Origin: Catajapyx aquilonaris
Taxonomy: Eukaryota
DNA length: 64,000 nt
Direction of reading: 5' to 3'
NCBI GenBank assembly: GCA_000934665.2
Contig: JYFJ02000417.1
Location: 1-64,000 of the forward strand
This document shows, in pieces, positions 1 through 11,877 of this stretch. The notes beneath the pieces were generated by a model. It worked only from the letters and a program-made list of their open reading frames with translations, did not search any database and was not told the DNA's origin. Every line of letters begins with the position of its first letter. Position 1 is the stretch's first letter. The position numbers and the translations under genes are program-made.

Positions 1-194
1 AAAATATGGTCCGCCATCTTTGATGATACACGTGCGAATCAAAGATGGCGGATCCTGATTTTGCCTGTACCCTATTTATACCTCGTTGGCGTTGCCCCCG
101 TTTTAAAATGGCCGCCAGCCTTGGCAACGGCCCCAAACAGAGAGACGCGAACATGAAAGGCGCCGACAGAAGTTTGCGCCTGTTGTGCTCCCTG
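1..194. mobile_element. Fold-back MITE, truncated by the window edge (same family as 7314-7679 and 9212-9670)
   Basis: Centre ccgccatctttgat...atcaaagatggcgg and right arm ending tgctccctg match the two complete copies. Confidence 0.8.
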
Positions 195-1517
195 ACATTT
201 CAGTGTTGCCAAATAGTCAGAAATGGTCTAGGGCGGGTTTAATGGCGCCTCCCCTTCGCTATATCAAATCACCGCAATTTTTTTTATTCATGATCAACAA
301 TGCCATGTCAATAACAAGCACTGGTCCTCCTCCTCCTCATCCTTCAGCTTTCTTTCCCCCCCACCAACTGCCGCAACAATATCGCTTTTGATTGTCACCG
401 CTTTCTGCGCACCACTTGTTGTCTTTTTTTCTCGCATCGCAAGCGAACCAGGGCTCTCAACCTCTCCTAAAAAATATATGTCAGAATCCGACGCGATGCG
501 ACGTGCTATGTTGTTTATTACAAACTCTGGATGTTGCCGGTGTGCATGTCCTCTTTGTTGTGCATGGTTTTCGGACTTTAGAGGTTGGCAGGCACAGTGT
601 TTTTTGAACTAGCTTTAGGTATATATTATACTTGACCCCACACTTGGTGTGATTTCTGCTGAGCCAAATTTGAGCCGAGTTATATTATGTAACTCCGGGT
701 ATACCGGCCCCCTTATTGTTCTGATTGGATTGCAATAATGCTTAGGAGGAGAGCGAGAGCGAGGCGGGCGGTGGAATAGCCTACAACCCGCGATCGGACA
801 GCACTCACTGCATAGGCTGCTACGCCAGGCACGGATCCACGGTGAGTGGTGTGATGGAAAGTCACACATTTACGTGTCTGTGTGTCTGTGTGTTACTATA
901 CTCGACGGTCCACCACTCTATCGTGACCAAACATCTATATTCACTTGTGCTGTCGCGGAAATGAGGGCTGGTCTTTACTATACGCGACGAAGTGGATCGT
1001 GCCTGGCAGGGCCCTGCCAGGCACGGTGCTTCTGATACCTTATTTCCGCGACTGTATGCCCCCCCGATTGGTTTCTGTAGAGCTCTGGCTTTCACACGCA
1101 CTTTTATCACATTTTTATCAGATACGCTAATATTTTAGACCCCCCAACTATTTTTCACATTCTGGGCACTTAGTGCACGTCTTGTCCACCCAACCGGACA
1201 CTCAGATTACAGGACAACTCGAGTTTGCCTGCTAGACACTGAAAGTGTTTCAGCTGTAACAATAAGGGACAATTAACTGATGCGCTCTTTTTCAGATATT
1301 AAACATATTTTTTTTTGCCCAGTATTTTTGCCAAGTTGATGGTTCGAAATTATTGTGTAGTACTTTGTAATCAGATTAGACAATGGGGGTATTTTTCAAC
1401 GTCAACTTTAGATTAAAAATAGCATATAATTTTGTGTTGATTTGCATAATATGTCGTGTGGTGAGATGTTGTTAAAGTGTGTAAAGTGCTGATGGGGGCG
1501 ATGGGTGAAACGAACAG

Positions 1518-2392
1518 GTGTCGCTGAGTCTGACGGAGGAGACGAGGAGCAGCCACGTGGAGATGATCGAGAGAGCGGAGATATCCAACCTGGTCAGGTC
1601 CAGGATGGACAGCCTGAGCCTGGCAGCCATGGACTACGACGACGTCTCGGAGAAGAGGAGCAGCCTCTCGTACGTCATCATTAACCCGAGCTGCGACCTC
1701 AAACTGCAGGAAGGAGACATCATGTGAGTTGCTGGCGATGGAAGTGTCGTAGGCTGTATCCAACTGACTGCATACTTTTCAGCTTCTTGGTGCGACCGAG
1801 TCCATTCTCGGCTCAGAAGACGTTCGAGCGTCACAACAGCAGGCGTCGATCGCATATCAGCTTGTGCGCAGAGCAGCGTCGCCGTCCGTCGTCAGCGTCG
1901 GCTACGTCGGGCGGCTGCAGGGCGTCGCTCCCGTCGAAAGCCAACTCCCTGTCCCTGCCCGAGAGCCCCTCTGCGTCCGCCCTGGCCGCTTCTGGACTAT
2001 GCGGCGTGGCCAGGGCCCGATCCAACTCGCTACGAGTCGACGACATCCTGCTGCGACGCTCCAACTCGCTACGACAGGGCCTGGCGCCGCCGTCGTCCGC
2101 TCACCGACGCCTCTCAAGCTTCGAGGAACTGGGGCTGCCCCTGACCGCGCCCCTGCCCCTGGTGCTAGACCCTTCCCCATGCGGGATCAGCAACCCGCTA
2201 CCCCCACACTCATCATCCTCCTCTTCATCATCCCCAAACTCCCACTCCCCTCCCGCCGCCGCAAGCGTCGCCCCCAATGGCAACGGCACCCCAGTCAAGA
2301 TCTCCCTAAACGGCAGGATCGGCCTGGAGGTGACCCCTCCCGACGACCCCGCCGCCACAAACACCGACACCCTTCAGGGCACCATCGTCTGA
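1518..2392 (+). CDS. SLO2: Last two exons (1518-1723, 1783-2392) of a Slo2/KCNT sodium-activated potassium channel
   Basis: Spliced peptide ELSNLVR-like EISNLVRSRMDSL...SLSYVIINPSCDLKLQEGDII FLVRPSPF resembles the KCNT1/2 C-terminal motif (SYVLINP...DIVYLIR). 59-nt GT-AG intron; C-terminus GTIV is a class I PDZ-type motif. Confidence 0.85.
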
Positions 2393-2599
2393 CCCACCGC
2401 AGAGGGTCAGACGATGGGACGCGGCCGAGTCGCGTCTGTGACCGCGACGCGTCCGGGTTGAAGCAGGGGGGCAGCCAATCCCCTGCCTCGAGGCGGACCT
2501 CACAACAGTGGCCGAACATGCGGAAAACTTGCCAAAAACACCCGAATCAGGCAGCGCTACAGTTATCGTGACTTGAGCCAAGTTTCAAAACGGTTGAGC

Positions 2600-2740
2600 C
2601 ATGAAATGGGCGGTTCTATATGCTCATTCCAGGGCCATCAGGATCTGGCAACTGTGAAGTGGGCCGTTTTATGCCAATTATGATCTGGCAACCCTGAAGT
2701 GGGCGGTTCTATGCCCATTCCAGGGCCATCTGGGCCAACA
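2600..2740. repeat. Tandem ~40-50 bp repeat (ggcaaccctgaagtgggcggttctatgcccattccagggccatc)
   Basis: Three degenerate units; the same unit recurs at 3350-3500. Confidence 0.75.
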
Positions 2741-3349
2741 GTGTGGAAAATCCCTCTCGTTACGCACAGTGACGTGGGCGGAGCCTCGGTCGCTCAAACC
2801 AATCAGCAGTTCGGTCACTGTTTATCAATGACGTCACGGCCGCTCGCTTCCCCCCAACTCCCCACCCCCTACCTGATGTGTACGGGTATCAAAATGAATC
2901 CGGGGAATCAACTGGATAGCAGGGTAACCGCGTTAGTAGTGGGGAAAACGTTATTTCCCGGACTGTATCGACGAATATTTCCCGGACGGTGTGAGGACCC
3001 CCGCGCCCCCCATCCTCCCCATCCCTAACCATCAAATTGTGAAAACTGTGAGAGGCACCTGTACCTTTCGAAGAAAAAAAAATGGAACCAGTGAGGACCA
3101 AAAAGTGATCCGTAACGTAACGGACAACGAAAAGAAAAATGACAAAAAAAAAACAAATCAGAACCAATGGACAGACACCTTTGTACAGAAGAACATTTTT
3201 ACTGCTAGTGGCCCCCTGTGACCTCTCCCCCTTACGTGGCCTTCGCTCGCTCACTTAACAAGCTCCGCCCCTCCTTTCCCTTGTCGTATTCACGAAACCC
3301 TTACAATGTACTATGGGCGACCAAAAGGTTGGGTCAGAAAACGGGTTGA

Positions 3350-3500
3350 GCCCCTGAAGTGGGCGGTTCTCTGCCCATTCCAGGGCCATTAGGATCTGGC
3401 AACCCTGAAGTGGGCGGTTTTATGCTCATTTCAGGGCCATCAGGATCTGGCACCTGTGAAGTGGGCGGTTCTATGCTCCTTCCCGGGCCAGCTGTGAATT
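3350..3500. repeat. Second block of the ~50 bp tandem repeat
   Basis: Three units of tgaagtgggcggtt(c/t)t(a/c)tgc...gggcca, with decayed units to ~3670. Confidence 0.75.
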
Positions 3501-5021
3501 AATTAGTTCTGGCAACTGTGCATCGAGGCTTGCTCGTCGTTCCAGGGCCAACTGGCAACATTGTGGAAATATGTTATTGGTCGCGGCAATCCTGCAGCCA
3601 TAGTCCTCATTCTGGGGCCGTCTGAGGGTGATATGGCAACCCTGAAAAAACAGCCATTTTTTATCCTGGCAACCTCGCGTATGAATCAGGCTAAGAGTAC
3701 CGTAGCGCTGAAGGCGGAATGACCTACGATAGGTTCTTTCAGAGCTACAGTTATCGTGACTTGAGTATAAAATGTATCTTTGGTCCCGGCAACCATGCGT
3801 AGACAGTCACAATGCTCATTCCAGGGCGCTCTGGCAACTCTGCTGAAATTCTGGCAGCCATTTGTGAAACAACTGTCCCAAACTTTTTGTCGCTCGTAGT
3901 ACCGTAATATGGGATGAAAATATGCGGACAGGTGTCCACATCTTTTTGTCCTGTATAGTAAATTTGCCCTGCATGCGACATGCCCCGCCCATCCCTCCAA
4001 GCTGCCCGCCCTCCCCGTCGTAGTTTGGCCACATCCCGAATCAAAAATTTTAAAAACGACGACGAGCCTACGACGCCCGTCTTAACTACAGTCCCCCCAA
4101 CTACATACTAAGTACTAATTAGACTCTTTAAAAAAAAAGTGCAGCAGCAGTTTGAGTATAGCCAATTAGCTTTCATTTTGTGGTTTGTCCTAATAGTTGT
4201 GGACATTGCGTGGACAAACCCGTTTAAAACCAGTGAGATCTAAGCCCCTCCCTCTTTTAAAAAAATGAGATAAGATGCAATTACGCATGTGATAATTTGC
4301 CCCCCATGCCCCCCCCCCCACCCCCACCCATCTCTATTTTGATCTATTTTTAATCCAAAGTGTTAGGCTATTCGCTTCCCAGTCATCCAATAGCGAGGAA
4401 GAATCAGAACCTTCTTAGCCTATCACGTGTGTCCTGTGTGGATAAAAGACCCCGCCCCCTCATCGACCCCTCCCTTTGGCCCCGCCCTCCATCCGACTAT
4501 GATGTCCCAAATGGAGAGAACCGCACCATGCAATGTATTAATTAACAATTAACCTACCACCCCCCTGAGCCCCTGTACAGAATGCCCAGCAAGAGCCTAT
4601 TTTAGACTCCATCTCCTACCAATTATTATCAATTATTACTATTAAATTTATTATTATTAATAGGAGACCTTTTTCAAGACCGATCTTTCATTCCTTCCTA
4701 ACCCATTTGTTGCAGGTTGGTACTCATCATGTCGTAGCCTCTTAATCATCAATGCTACGAATATTGTTCGCCCCATCAACTATAGAGCAATCTTATACAC
4801 ATATAAAAGGCAAAGTTTGTCGGTTAGTCACATGTTTCTCTCCCTCTCCCCCTCCCAACTACTCCCCACAGTTGGCTGCTCTCACATAATGATACTGTAT
4901 AAAAGACAAAGTTGGTTTAGTTGTTTGTCCATGGCAACATTGCCCTGGCAACATATCGCCTTGGCAACAAACCATGGAAACAGGCCGTGCGGAGAACGAA
5001 GAGCAATCTTACATAATTATA

Positions 5022-5480
5022 CAGGGTGTTAATCCTAAGCATGTCACCAGAAAATGTGGTGGTAGAGGGCACAGTGGTGATCATTTTTGCATAATGGAAC
5101 TAGGGGTCGGAAACGCACCCTCACCGAGTCGCTCCGCCGCGTGCCGCACGCCTCTTGCACACTACCTACCGAAAACTTGAAAGGGGCGTAAAGGCCGGTA
5201 TCCACGTACAAGATTCTCGCATACGAGGAGCCGCGAGGAGCCAACTGCGCATGCCCAGATACGAGAAAGTTGAAAATTTTCAACTTTTTCCCCTTTCCTC
5301 GTATCTGGGCATGCGCAGTTGGCTCCTCGCGGCTCCTCGTATGCAAGAATCTCGTACGTGGATGCGGGCCTTAACTCGGTGAGGGTGCGTTTCCGACCCC
5401 TAGTTCCTTATGCAAAAATGATCACAACTGCGCCCTCTACCACCACATTTTCTGGTGACACGCTTAGGATTTACACCCTG
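5022..5480. mobile_element. Tc1/mariner-type MITE with ~105 bp TIRs
   Basis: TA|CAGGGTG...CACCCTG|TA; arms ~5022-5128 and ~5374-5480 are near-perfect reverse complements. Confidence 0.85.
5192..5371. mobile_element. PIF/Harbinger-type palindromic MITE nested in the mariner MITE
   Basis: TAA|AGGCC...GGCCT|TAA (3-bp TAA TSD), ~75 bp inverted arms. Confidence 0.75.
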
Positions 5481-5868
5481 TATAAGGGAAAGATTGTTTG
5501 TCTATGGCAACTAGTTTCCATTGCATCAAACCATGGTAACAGGCCTTGCGAAGAACGGGGCCTGCTGCTAGCCTTACATCTTACTGTATATAAGGGAAAG
5601 CTTGTTTGTTTGTTTGTTTTTCCACAGCAACTGGTTGCCATTGCATGAAACCATGCTGGTAAGAGGCCGTGCGAAGAACGGGCTCGGCTGCTAGTAATAT
5701 TTTTAACCAGCCACTGAGGATGAGCGAGACAATAAGTCTGTTGTTTGCTTCTACGGTGGTTTTATTGTCAGTCTGTGGTTGGCTGCAGGGTCTGGGCCAA
5801 TCACGGCTCGACACGACAATAACCTGCTGATGAGGTCACAACGTCGTGTCTGTAGGTCGTCCTCTTCT

Positions 5869-8800
5869 TCAGTTGGGTTTGGGCACGTTCTGCACGTAAG
5901 TTCCGATGAGGTTTCCTGGAGGGTCGTAGTTGGCCACCACAACCAATCGGCCTGACTTGCCCTTGGCGAAGGCCGCGCCAACTTCCTTGCTGCCCTTCCA
6001 CACCACCTGGGTGAAGTGACCTTGAAAAAAGCATAAACGAAGGTTATAGTGACGCGAACTGTAAGTAGCACAAATTAGCCTCCTCCCTCTGCCTGATGTG
6101 CGCACCCACATTCGCGCAGCTCCATTGTGCTGCGCGAACTGCGTTGCGCACTCGGTGGTGATGCCTCACAGGATAATTTGAGCTTCAGATCCGCTCTCAT
6201 CATCCATCAGGATTGCCAATGTTGCATAATTTTGGCCCAAGTAGCGAGTAGTCCTTCAACTATAATGCTGCATGGAAACCACTTTCCCCGTCCGGATTGA
6301 CTGAACCTGCGGAGGACTAATGAGTCCCGTTATGCTCGTTATGGAAACTTGCTCGCGGGGCTACCACACCAAAAAACACCTTCATTTCTTTCATTGCCTC
6401 CTTTTTTTTCTTTTTCTTTTGAGTGACTTGATCTCGAACCAGTTTCGGTCGCTTTTGTCGCCCTGCTGTCTTTTGCCCGCCAAGCTAAGCTCGTCCCATA
6501 TTAAGAGTTCATGGCAGCAAGTTCACTCTTGCAAACCCACAACAGGTTGCTGGGGTCAACAATGATGCCTATATTCAGCAGGTTCTTAGCAAAAAAGCCG
6601 TATCTGCCACCCTGGTGGGAGTGGTGCCAATTTGACCGGGATTTCAGCACACTTTTTTTTTTTTTTTTTTGCACACATCAGTATGGGGAACCACCCGCAG
6701 ACATATGTTACCTGGCCACTTGATTCAGAGTGTTCAAGGGAGGAAGCTATGTCACTCTGATTGGAAAACAATGTCAACGGGTGGTCCGTTGGCAACCGTG
6801 CCAGAATCGTGCAAATCGTGGTTTGCAAGTCTCAGGTTCCAGTTTCCGCCCATCAGAAGACTTCTTAACAAAACCGGTAAACTATAACTCTTAGCAGCTA
6901 CTGCGTGTCGCTATAGGCTTATACTCTTTACTTAACGACCCGATTTAACGATTATACTTTGTATGCCCCCAAAATGGCCGACCAGTAGCGGACCCGTTGC
7001 CAAATTTTGGCAACGCTGCTTGCCTCCCCTCGCCCCACCAACTTGGACGTAGTACAATAGGCCACTACCAGTTGGCGCACATGCTCTCCCTTTGCCCACT
7101 CCTGCCGCTCTCAGGGCAAAAGTAGTACTCATGCACGTTGGTGATGAGTCACCCCGCGGACAAAGTCCACCAGGGTGCTATGCTACCGTCCTCTCATTGT
7201 TGAACGGGGAAAGTGCTATGGTAAATTCTACGCGGATTGTGCATTCTGTATATGATTAATAATGAATTAAATAATCATTGTCTGTGCCTCTGTCCGAGGT
7301 TAGTCATCAGTAGCAGGGAGCATATACAGGTACTATACACAATAGGAGCAAACATTCGATTTCCGCGTCTCTCTGTTTGGGGCGTTGCCAAGGCTGGCGG
7401 CCATCTTGAAGTGTGGGGAACGCCAACGAGGTATAAATAGGGTACAGGCAAAAATATGGTCCGCCATCTTTGATTCGCGCGTGTTCTTGCCGTGTAGTTG
7501 CCATGGCCGCCACAACCATCAAAGATGGCGGACCATATTTTTGCCTGTACCCTATTTATACCTCGTTGGCGTTCCCCGCACTTCAAAATGGCCGCCAGCC
7601 TTGGCAACGGCCCCAGAGAGACGCGAACATCAAAGGCGCCGACAGAAGTTTGCGCCTCTTATGCAGTATATGCTCCCTGTCAGTAGTGTCATCCATGTGA
7701 GACGTATGGTACTACGTCCACTGTGCGGCGGTGTTGCCAGGCTTTGGTCACAGGTATCATCCACAGAAGTGGCTAGGAGTGACTCGTCTGTCCCTATAGA
7801 CGCGTTGACTCATCACCTAGATGCATGTAGTTGCCACAGGACACAACAGCAGGTGCACTCACTGTCAGTGGACAGAGATGTTGGGACACACTTCAACGGA
7901 GGCGAGACACCTGGTGGGCTTTGTCCGCTCAGTGACTTAATTGTGCAGTGTTGCCAAATTTTGGCAACGAGTTCTGATGAATTTTTTACGAGTGCGCAAC
8001 ACAGTTTGCGCAAATTGTTTCCAACGCTACGCTACGCTCGAAGAGGGATTTTGCGACGTTTCCAAGGCTCTGGAGGCTGTGGAGTTGGCCCCTGAGGAGT
8101 AACCGATATGGCAACGTTGTTGTCGGGATAATGGACTTGCGCGAGTGTGGATGCGCACTCGGTTGACCTCATAAAAAATTCATACATAGTGCTACATAAA
8201 TTGGCTAGGCGTAACTTTGTCCCTACAAGACCTAGGTGCATGTAGTTAGTTGCCACGTGGAGAGGGATGATGCGCGCCTTCTGGATGTGGCACATCGTAC
8301 TACGTGCAAGTGAGGGGCCGGGCAGTGTTGCCACATTTTGGCAACGGGTTCTCTAGCTACTAGTCATATAGTATAGAATAGACTAGGCGTGACTTTGTCC
8401 CTACACGTGTTGACTCATCATCAAAGTGCATGTAGTTGCCACTTTCCCCGTGGGATGGCAGTAGTGTGCAGAGAGGGGGGAGAGATACGCGCCATCTGGT
8501 TGAGGCATATCGTACTGCGCGTCCAAGTGGAGGGGCGGACCAGGCAGTGTTGCCAAATTTTAAATTAGATAGAACCGGTACCTGTTCCCATGGACCTGGG
8601 CTCTGCTCCGAAGACATGGTCCTTGATCTCAGAGTACCAGGAGTCCACGGCGTCCTTTGCGTTTGGTTCAAAGTTCGGGTCAGAGTTCCAGGCGCAGTAC
8701 AGGTTCTCTCCGTACTTGTGCTCAGTCCTGTGCTGGAACTTGTTCTCCAGGGCCAGCTTACGGGCCCACTCCAGGGCGTAGTCGCACAGCTGGAATAGAA

Positions 8801-11800
8801 GACATAAGGTTAGGTTATAGCTGAGTTGCGCCTGCACGTCTCGACCGCGTCTAACGGAGCTGACCTCGTCCCCCCGATCCGTCTTGGTCAGTGCTCATCG
8901 ACGGTGACGAATCTGATCACTGCAAAGTCACGCCTCCGGGAGTCAAAAAGGAAAGGACCTCATGCAAATTGTGCTTCCAAACTCGTTTGTCATATAATGG
9001 ATGATGCTTCTATACACGCGTGACCAAAGCACAAGTCACAACCGATCAAACACTGCATCTGGTAACCCACATTCAATCTGGCCACACTGCCATCTAATTA
9101 ACAATCCATTGTTGCGATTGTCCTTATGGTATAACAAAATCTGAGCGGGCTGTAATGAGATGGCCGCGTGTAGTCAACGTAGTGCCATATTCATCACACA
9201 GACGGCGTCACCAGTGAGCATATACTATACATAAGAGGCGCAAACATTCGATTTTCGCGTCTCTTTGTTTGGGGCCGTTGCCAAAGCTGGCGGCCATCTT
9301 GAAGTGTGGGGAACGCCAACGAGGTATAAATAAGGTACAGGCAAAAATAGGGTCCGCCATCTTTGATGGTTTTGGCGGCCATGGCAATACACGGCATAAC
9401 TTCCTTTTTTAAATTGAATTTTGCATGTTCACTTACCCATTCCAATATCGAATTCAAATTCGCGCATGTTTATTGCCGTGTATTGTCATGGCAGCCAAAA
9501 CCATCAAAGATATAGCGGACCCTCTTTTTGCCTGTACCCTATTTATACCTCGTTGGCGTTCCACACACTTCAAAATGACAGCCAGCCTTGGCAACGGCCC
9601 CAAACAGAGAGACGCGGACATCAAAGGTGCCGACAGAATTTTGCTCCTCTTATGTAGTATATGCTCCCTGGCGTCACACTCAGGGTAGTGATGACTCACC
9701 CCGGACAAACAGAGGCACAAAACCAATTCAATTAATAAATCAGTGTTTTTCCTATAGTTATATAGAAGCTATAAATATTAGCTAGTAATTATTGTTCCGA
9801 CATGGTAATCAGATGCAGGAATAGAGGCTTAATGTGTGTAAATATTGTAATTATTATATTTAGCAATGCAAAAAAATTATTTGGGTGATGCGAAAAAAAG
9901 TGTGTGGGTCGATTGTTTATTGGCGAGTATCTAACGTTGGCGGAAATTGGGCCAAATAACAGGTTTTGCGTTATCATTACCATTTCGAGCAACTAAATAT
10001 CGCCCGTTAATTTACACACAAAAAATGTGCAAATTTGATGCCAATTTTTATGCAATAAATAGGCGACATTCGCGAATTTTCAGCTATTTTTTTTACAGAT
10101 GAAAGAGGGCGGCTCTCTAATATATACTATAAGGGTGTTGCCCCAATCCGCACGATATCGGAGCATAAATCCTCCGTAATTGTCACTACACAGTTGGCAC
10201 ACCTGCCCAAAAGTTGTCGCCCGAAGCTGTGCAAAAATAATATACTACCTCATAATTTATTTGCACGACAACAAACGATGTGCAAAAGAAGCTTACAACA
10301 ATGTGATGGTTGGATATTACACGACAAGTAGTGTTATCACCCCTGCTATGATACAGCCTACGACACTTCCATCCCTGTATATACACATACCGTTTGGCTG
10401 AGCTGCAGTGGTCCAACCCCGTGCTTCTTCCTGTACTCGTTGTGAACTCTGAGCGAGTCCTTGGCGAACTCTTCCTGAGTTGGTTCCGCCTTGCTCTTGG
10501 CGGTCTGCTGCTTGTTGGCGCCTGCACCAGTGGCGGAGGAGCCGTTGGCGGCCGGCAGCTTGGCCCTCTGCTGATGCTGGTCCTTTGTGGCCTGTCCCAG
10601 GGCGCGCCGGAATTCCTCTGGAAGCTTGCTCAACACAGACGTCGATGTCTTCACAGACTCGCTGCCGTCGACGTCGACAGTCCTCTCCTCTGTCACAGTC
10701 TCCTGCTGCTCGGTACAGACCACGTGTGATAGTCAGTGGAATCGCACCCCAGGAAGGAAATGCTTACAAGGAAGGATTTCTGGTGGATTTCGGAGGATTG
10801 TAGGGACTTCTGGAGGATTCCAGGGAATTTGGGGGAATTCAGGCGGAATTCAGGGGATTTCAGGTGGATTCAAGGGATTTCTAAGGAATTCGGGTGGATT
10901 CCAGGGAATTTGGGGGATTTCAGGTGGATTCAAGGGATTTCAGGTGGGTTCAAGGGATTTCTAAGGAATTCAGGAAGATTCCATGGATTTCTAAGGGATT
11001 CAGGTGGATTTCGGGGAATTCAGGAGAATTCAGGTGGATTCCAGGGGGACTCAAGTGGATCTCTGAGGATTTTCCTTGGGATATCTGGAGAATAGAGGTG
11101 GATTCCAAGTATTTCGGGTGGATTCCAGGGGATTTCAGGCGGATGGATTTCTGAGGAATTCAGGTGGATTCGAGGATATTTCGGGCGGATTTCTGGGGGG
11201 GGATTCCGGAAGGACAACGTGTCGTAAGATCGGACATGTTGACCGACCTGTGTCCCATAGACAACTGGTGCTGGCAGGCGAAGAGAGACATGAGGAGAGA
11301 AGGCATGCAGCAGCAGCCCTGACCTACTCACAACTTCTCTGCTGTGCTGTTGTGTCCCCCTCACCAAAACCACCTGCGAGCTAGACGCCCACCCACCAAC
11401 CAATGAACCTACTTTTCCCTCTTTGGCAAAAGCAGTCATCCTCCATCGACTGATCAGATAATATCTATTCACTCCCTCTCCGATCTTATCAAGCCTCTTC
11501 TCTCTTTCATCCACCCACGCTCGCCTAGCCATCACTCAACCTGTCCTCATGTTGTAAGGAGATGGATGGGGGGAAGGCAACCCCTTCTAATTACATCAGA
11601 CCAGACAGGACACTCCGGTGTTACTAATCAGCCAGAACATGCTAATCAGTTTGGACAGAGTGCGCACCCTCATTCGCGCAGCTAATGCTATATGCTGCGC
11701 GAATAAGGGTGCGCACTAACCTATATAACATTGTCTGACCTGCTCCTGTCCATCGCTGGTGATGATGGTCCGAGTCTTCTTGACCATCGTGACCCTCTGG

Positions 11801-11877
11801 ACTCCGCTGGTGCTAGAGGTCACCTGTCTCATGTTGACCAGTCGCCTCACATTTCCGGCAGTGGTCTCCTCGCTCAT
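5869..11877 (-). CDS. GLIPR2: GLIPR2/GAPR-1-like CAP (SCP) protein, copy 1, with long N-terminal extension. Exons ~11877-11740, possibly ~11373-11332, ~10710-10391, 8789-8582, 6020-5869
   Basis: LRVHNEYRKKHGV, YGENL..AW, AVDSWYSEIKD, GHFTQVVWK, VVANYDPPGN are CAP signatures. The three 3' exons have GT-AG borders; 5' exons are less certain. Confidence 0.85.
7314..7679. mobile_element. Fold-back MITE with 7-bp TSD (TCAGTAG), probably P superfamily
   Basis: CAGGGAGCATAT...ATATGCTCCCTG termini, ~160 bp inverted arms, TCAGTAG at 7307-7313 and 7680-7686. Confidence 0.85.
9212..9670. mobile_element. Fold-back MITE with 7-bp TSD (GCGTCAC), same family
   Basis: CAGTGAGCATAT...ATATGCTCCCTG termini; GCGTCAC at 9205-9211 and 9671-9677. 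Confidence 0.85.
10770..11210. repeat. Intronic minisatellite of ~10-bp units (ggatttcagg/tggattcaag variants)
   Basis: Dozens of degenerate tandem units; the overlapping ORFs are low complexity. Confidence 0.9.

Larger units (their letters stand above)
4790..5694 (+). mobile_element. Tandem short Helitron-like non-autonomous units
   Basis: Units begin A|TC-TTA..TATAAGGGAAAG, contain (gttt)n, and end in a GC-rich imperfect hairpin plus CTAG (5568-5571; 5691-5694 followed by T). Related 5' end at ~57180. Confidence 0.55.

Noticed and set aside
2600..3500. CRISPR-like repeat array
   Set aside because: Eukaryotic context, degenerate contiguous units without unique spacers, and no cas genes
7275..8095. 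236-aa and mirror-image ORFs (MPRLAAILKCGERQ...)
   Set aside because: Produced by the palindromic MITE; the same peptide appears on both strands
10587..11154. ORFs with GGFQG/GDFRW repeats
   Set aside because: Translations of an intronic minisatellite that is open in several frames
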